DNA of 64,000 bases from the NCBI GenBank assembly GCA_019358915.1, contig JAHHIM010000036.1, positions 320,001 through 384,000 on the forward strand, given 5' to 3'. The position numbers and the translations under genes are program-made. The stretch is from Trichormus sp. ATA11-4-KO1 (GTDB lineage Bacteria; Cyanobacteriota; Cyanobacteriia; Cyanobacteriales; Nostocaceae). Positions 62,552 to 64,000 of this stretch are shown one piece after another. Under the pieces are notes generated by a model. The model searched no databases, was not told the origin of the DNA, and worked only from the letters and a program-made list of their open reading frames with translations. Position 1 is the stretch's first letter. Each line of letters starts with the position of its first letter.

Positions 62552-64000
62552 AAACCCAGGTCAGCTTTGGCTAATTCAGCCGCAGCGAATACCTCTGCAT
62601 CTGGCTTTTCTTCCCAGGCGGGATCACCGATTTCTGCATAGAAAGTTGCGTCGTAGGGACGAGTCCGCACCACCACCGGCATGGGAACGGCATGACCTAA
62701 AATTAAGGCTTGTTGCTTAGAGTCTAACTTGGCTAATACTGACCGCAAACCACCAGCACCAGATACGCCAGTGAAAATTGCTTCAATATCTTTATCATCA
62801 TTGAGCAAAGCGGTGATGCGAGTACCAATCTGGGACATGACTTCATTATCGATTCCCGATGGACGTTGGTCTACTACTAGTAGGGTGACGAAATATTTTC
62901 GTAGTTCCCGCGCAATAGTGCCAAAGATAGTACTTTGTACCACGGCTGGGTCAAGGAAACGATGCGCCTCTTCAATGGTAATCATTAATGGTGTGGGGCG
63001 ATCGCTAGGATTTTTGCTTTGTAAGAATTTATCTGCTTTTTTAACGTAATGTTCATGAATACGTCTGGTGATCATATTAGTCACCAACATATAAGAAAGC
63101 ATATTTGACTGGGAACCAAACTCTACAACAACATTCTTCCCAGCTTCTAAGGACTGCAAAATTTTACTAATGTAATTCTGGGGGCAAACTGCTCGCATAT
63201 ACTTTAAACTATCCATGCGTAGGAGTTTGCGCTGTAATGCCATAATTGAACCTTTATGTCCCCGCTTTTCTTCGCAGAACATTTCGATTTCTTCATTAGT
63301 CATGTTCAGCAGCTGCACAATCCAAGATTTACCGAACTCGCTATACAAAATATTCGCGTTATCCAAAGCTGCATCCGATAACCCTAAGTCTCGACTACAT
63401 AACTTGATATCTTCAACTTCAATTTGTTCATAACTCAGATATAGTTCTTGAGAATCGCGCACACCCCGACGTTTTGTTGATTCGGGATCGAGGGTATAAA
63501 CTTCGACTTTACCAGGAAATAATTGTTTTAAGCCTTTAACAGTATTAACATTCTTACCTTCGGCTACCGCTTCCCAGCCATACTCAGAATGCATATCAAA
63601 AATTAAGTTTACCGCCGCACTTTTGCGAATTACCCCAGCTAAAAGTAAACGTGTGAGAAAGGATTTACCAGTACCTGATTTACCAAAAACCCCGTTACTG
63701 CGTTCAACAAAGCGATTTAAATCAATACAAATAGGCACATCCATATCTAAAGGTTTACCAATAGAAAAATTGCGCCTTTGGGGATCATCTTCCCAGCCAA
63801 ATACTTTACGAAAATCCTCAACACTTGCTTCGTAAACTTGGCTAAAGTGGCTGGGAATTGTTTTAACCGGCAGCAATTCCATTGTGGTGCTGGTTTGGGG
63901 CTGAAACGAGGCTAAATTAGTTGCTGATGCTGCGAAGGAATTGGCAGCTTTGCCATTGCTTGACGACAAAGATTCATCAGATTCGGGAGTGAACATCAAC
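62548..64000 (-). CDS. HerA-like ATPase (5' end outside the window)
   Basis: Walker A GKSGTGKS, IFDMHSEY, Walker B ITIEEAHRF, ARELRKY, DQRPSGID. Confidence 0.9.
   Translation of the reverse strand, partial: LMFTPESDESLSSSNGKAANSFAASATNLASFQPQTSTTMELLPVKTIPSHFSQVYEASVEDFRKVFGWEDDPQRRNFSIGKPLDMDVPICIDLNRFVERSNGVFGKSGTGKSFLTRLLLAGVIRKSAAVNLIFDMHSEYGWEAVAEGKNVNTVKGLKQLFPGKVEVYTLDPESTKRRGVRDSQELYLSYEQIEVEDIKLCSRDLGLSDAALDNANILYSEFGKSWIVQLLNMTNEEIEMFCEEKRGHKGSIMALQRKLLRMDSLKYMRAVCPQNYISKILQSLEAGKNVVVEFGSQSNMLSYMLVTNMITRRIHEHYVKKADKFLQSKNPSDRPTPLMITIEEAHRFLDPAVVQSTIFGTIARELRKYFVTLLVVDQRPSGIDNEVMSQIGTRITALLNDDKDIEAIFTGVSGAGGLRSVLAKLDSKQQALILGHAVPMPVVVRTRPYDATFYAEIGDPAWEEKPDAEVFAAAELAKADLGF

Larger units (their letters stand above)
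1..64000. repeat. HIP1 octamer GCGATCGC, highly iterated
   Basis: Roughly 50 copies counted by eye across genes and intergenic DNA (e.g. near 240, 2215, 9979, 20410, 36152, 59822). Confidence 0.95.

Noticed and set aside
1..64000. CRISPR array, prophage or intact transposase
   Set aside because: No regularly spaced direct repeats with unique spacers, and no cas, integrase, phage or full-length transposase ORF was seen.
62548..64000. HerA-based anti-phage system
   Set aside because: It looks like the common cyanobacterial HerA-like ATPase; no nuclease or SIR2 partner is visible, the neighbouring TA pair is convergent, and upstream context is outside the window.

Overview
Chromosomal window from a filamentous, probably heterocyst-forming cyanobacterium (Nostocales-like). 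Evidence: dense HIP1 GCGATCGC octamers, psbO, psaI, petG, acsF, cytM, FtsZ with a long N-terminal extension, and heptamer/short dispersed repeats. Most of it is core genome: a two-component cluster, moaE, hemW, tRNA-Arg(TCT), acsF, ilvA, a sigF cluster, psbO, ftsQ-ftsZ, gshB-grxC, hflX, malic enzyme, dxs, rpiA, asnS, a vapBC-like pair and a HerA-like ATPase cut by the window edge. I found no CRISPR array, prophage, intact transposase or clear multi-gene novel system. The best candidates for something undescribed are: (1) a HEPN-like (R-x4-H) domain fused in front of a TM2 membrane protein (15114-16076); (2) a ~450-nt densely structured region upstream of psbO; (3) an apparent non-canonical ATA start for hflX; (4) a nested family of miniature mobile elements, one with a clear target-site duplication and one with compensatory base changes; (5) several strongly collapsed pseudogenes. 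Two small genes missing from the ORF track (psaI, petG) were read directly. All family assignments come from motif recognition by eye; no database search was run.
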